DNA from: Nitrosopumilus sp.
Lineage (GTDB): Archaea > Thermoproteota > Nitrososphaeria > Nitrososphaerales > Nitrosopumilaceae
NCBI GenBank assembly: GCA_965203315.1
Contig: OZ241857.1
Span: forward strand, 1,376,001-1,440,000
DNA length: 64,000 bases
Reading direction: 5' to 3'
Part shown: positions 62,134 through 64,000 of the stretch, piece after piece
Numbering within the stretch: the first letter of the stretch is position 1
How the letters are laid out: every line of letters begins with the position of its first letter
Program-made: the position numbers and the translations under genes
The notes under the pieces: generated by a model
Told to the model about the DNA's origin: nothing
What the model saw: the letters and a program-made list of their open reading frames with translations, nothing else
The model's database searches: none

Positions 62134-62690
62134 TATACCGGAATACACTGTATGACATAACCAAACACCAGTACTAGATTGAATGCAAGCCATGTCGTAA
62201 AGAAGAGAAACGAGACTGTTGCAAACGGCAATAGGTGATTATCAGAGTTGTGTCCTTTTATGATTAGGATCGCTCCAAGGGTTGCCAAGACCAGACCTGC
62301 TTCTAGAGGTTGATGTGACCACGAGATCAAGCCATCTATACCAAAGAGTTCATGTGATATCGAATCTCCAAATCCCGCTACTAGTTGTACAATTGAACCT
62401 ATCACCACTAGTTTGATTCCTAGTTTTAGTATGCGATGTAATGTATGCGATCTATGTCGATATAGCACCAAACTACCCAACACTGCTGCACATGTAGTTA
62501 TCGAGACGCCTGTATACACTATGATATGTGGTGTACTCCAAAAGAACTCTGGTTCTTGTTGAAGATGTGATATTGCATCCCATATTCCGGCCGAGACTAC
62601 TATTACCGGACCAATTACTGCTAATACTGATGTTAGAGTGAGTAGGTGATCTGATCTAATCCGTGCAGCAAGTATCTCTTGTATCTTCAT
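62100..62690 (-). CDS. multi-TM protein with two D-x3-H-x12-H motifs
   Basis: WDAISHLQQEPEFFWSTPH and GDSISHELFGIDGLISWSH. Confidence 0.7.
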   Translation of the reverse strand: MKIQEILAARIRSDHLLTLTSVLAVIGPVIVVSAGIWDAISHLQQEPEFFWSTPHIIVYTGVSITTCAAVLGSLVLYRHRSHTLHRILKLGIKLVVIGSIVQLVAGFGDSISHELFGIDGLISWSHQPLEAGLVLATLGAILIIKGHNSDNHLLPFATVSFLFFTTWLAFNLVLVFGYVIQCIPVYQIFSSGCAIL

Positions 62691-62801
62691 ACGCTCTCTG
62701 ATATTTGGTAATATGTATAGTATGGATTTGATAGATCAACTGTATGGTTTTTCCACAATAATTTAACTAACTATATTAGAGATGATACATCACATAATGT
62801 A

Positions 62802-63041
62802 TTGAGTCCTGGAATTGGATTAATGAAGAGGAGACTAGAGACAGAGAGATCGGCTATATCTCTAGCAGTCTCTGAAATCAGCAAAGAGTATAGTGTCAAA
62901 CCAGACTGCATAAAGACCCTCGAGACCAAATACGATGACGATGCTGGAGACTGGTATGTTGCTTTAGGATGGGATGAAAAGAGAGCGATCATAAAGATGG
63001 ACTCGGTGCACGGAACCATCACCGAGATCAAAGAGATCTAG
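62802..63041 (+). CDS. small hypothetical protein
   Basis: Protein-like ORF; WYVAL...IKMDSVHGTI resembles PepSY-like strands. Confidence 0.65.
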   Translation: MSPGIGLMKRRLETERSAISLAVSEISKEYSVKPDCIKTLETKYDDDAGDWYVALGWDEKRAIIKMDSVHGTITEIKEI

Positions 63042-63268
63042 TAATCGTGAGAAAGATGGTCATGTTGTATCCTCGTGTACGGTTAAAACACATCAGCAAT
63101 TCCATTAACTTTATGATTAGAACCTCTAAAGAGATCTATTGAATCAGATTTCAAGTGTCAGAAATTACGATCTCAGATTGGGTCACATCTTTTAACGTGA
63201 GTGTGGTCTACACATTTCCCGTAGATACAACATAATACAATTTAATAATATCAATTTATTATAGTAAT

Positions 63269-64000
63269 CTAGTATAAAATCTTGATCTCTTGTAAATCAA
63301 GGTCGTGAATTTTCACCATTCCAAACAATGTAATAATTGTGTCATGTATGATAAACGATCGTGAATTTTCACCATATCCATTATAATCAAAATCTCGCCA
63401 CTCAACTCCTAGATCTTTATGTGTTATGAAACCCAGTTCTTCAATTATATAATTTGTAATATTGTATATTTTAAATCCATCTCTTAAATCTTGCTCTACA
63501 TAATTTCGTATTGAATATGGGATAATGATTACACCATACATATCATCAAGGTAAAATGATTTGTAATCATTTTGTATTTTTAATGGTATGCTGTATCCTT
63601 CACCAACTAATACAGAACTTGATATGATTGGATTTTTTGGATTTGACATATTTATGATATTTATATCTCTATTTACATGAATACATATAGATTGCACAGT
63701 ATCGCATTTGTATATATAACCAGTTACAGACCCAAATGGATTTCTTTCTAATTCTACTAATGACATATTGGTTAGATTAACAACAAGCGAGTTATAATTC
63801 AATAAATATAGTGTACTTTTATAAAAGTGAGGTGTGTATCTTGCAGGTATATTATTATCCATTTTATCTATTATGTTTAAATATTCATCGAGAACATAAA
63901 CATTAGTTATATCGATATGGTATTTCCTATAAAGATCCACGAAGAAATCATATTTTGTAATCTCTGTCATTTCTGTGGTTGTTGTAGTAACAATTCTCAA
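63269..64000 (-). CDS. C-terminal part of a divergent secreted beta-propeller protein (start outside the window)
   Basis: GYS.PL, YKSF, IIPY, GFKIYNI, LGFITH, RSFIIHDTIIT pattern; very AT-rich. Confidence 0.5.
   Translation of the reverse strand: MRIVTTTTTEMTEITKYDFFVDLYRKYHIDITNVYVLDEYLNIIDKMDNNIPARYTPHFYKSTLYLLNYNSLVVNLTNMSLVELERNPFGSVTGYIYKCDTVQSICIHVNRDINIINMSNPKNPIISSSVLVGEGYSIPLKIQNDYKSFYLDDMYGVIIIPYSIRNYVEQDLRDGFKIYNITNYIIEELGFITHKDLGVEWRDFDYNGYGENSRSFIIHDTIITLFGMVKIHDLDLQEIKILY

Noticed and set aside
1126-62690. Many 60-190 aa ORFs antisense to or overlapping well-supported genes
   Set aside because: Shadow frames with no protein motifs.
63063-63232. Possible MITE (TGTTGTATC...GATACAACA)
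   Set aside because: Only a 9-bp inverted repeat and no second copy in the window.

Overview
Chromosomal segment of an ammonia-oxidising archaeon (Nitrosopumilaceae-like Thaumarchaeota), judged from gene content and order: aIF2 alpha/gamma, Nop10, AglB, PriS/PriL, cbiT/L/F, CdvB, aconitase X, coxAB with blue-copper protein, F420 enzymes. The dense IS/MITE load suggests a host-associated lineage (inference). The window has about 60 CDS, four ordinary tRNAs (Gly, Val, Lys, Arg) and two abnormal tRNA-like genes. It also has three full-length IS elements (IS1595, IS630, ISH3), at least six MITE families, an AT-rich defence-like islet at about 8.1-15.8 kb and a DUF4011-helicase-endonuclease gene. 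Best leads: (1) a tRNA with a serine-type body but a Phe (GAA) anticodon, next to a divergent hairpin complementary to its variable arm; (2) head-to-head YwgA/Panacea-like wHTH modules, one with a SAMHD1-like HD dNTPase and one with a PIN toxin; (3) a glycosyltransferase between inverted MITEs; (4) a 37-bp/36-bp/37-bp repeat-spacer-repeat scar at tRNA-Gly; (5) a membrane protein with two AmoC/PmoC-type D-x3-H-x12-H motifs; (6) a racemase with both catalytic Cys replaced by Ser. All family calls come from motif recognition by eye; no searches were run.
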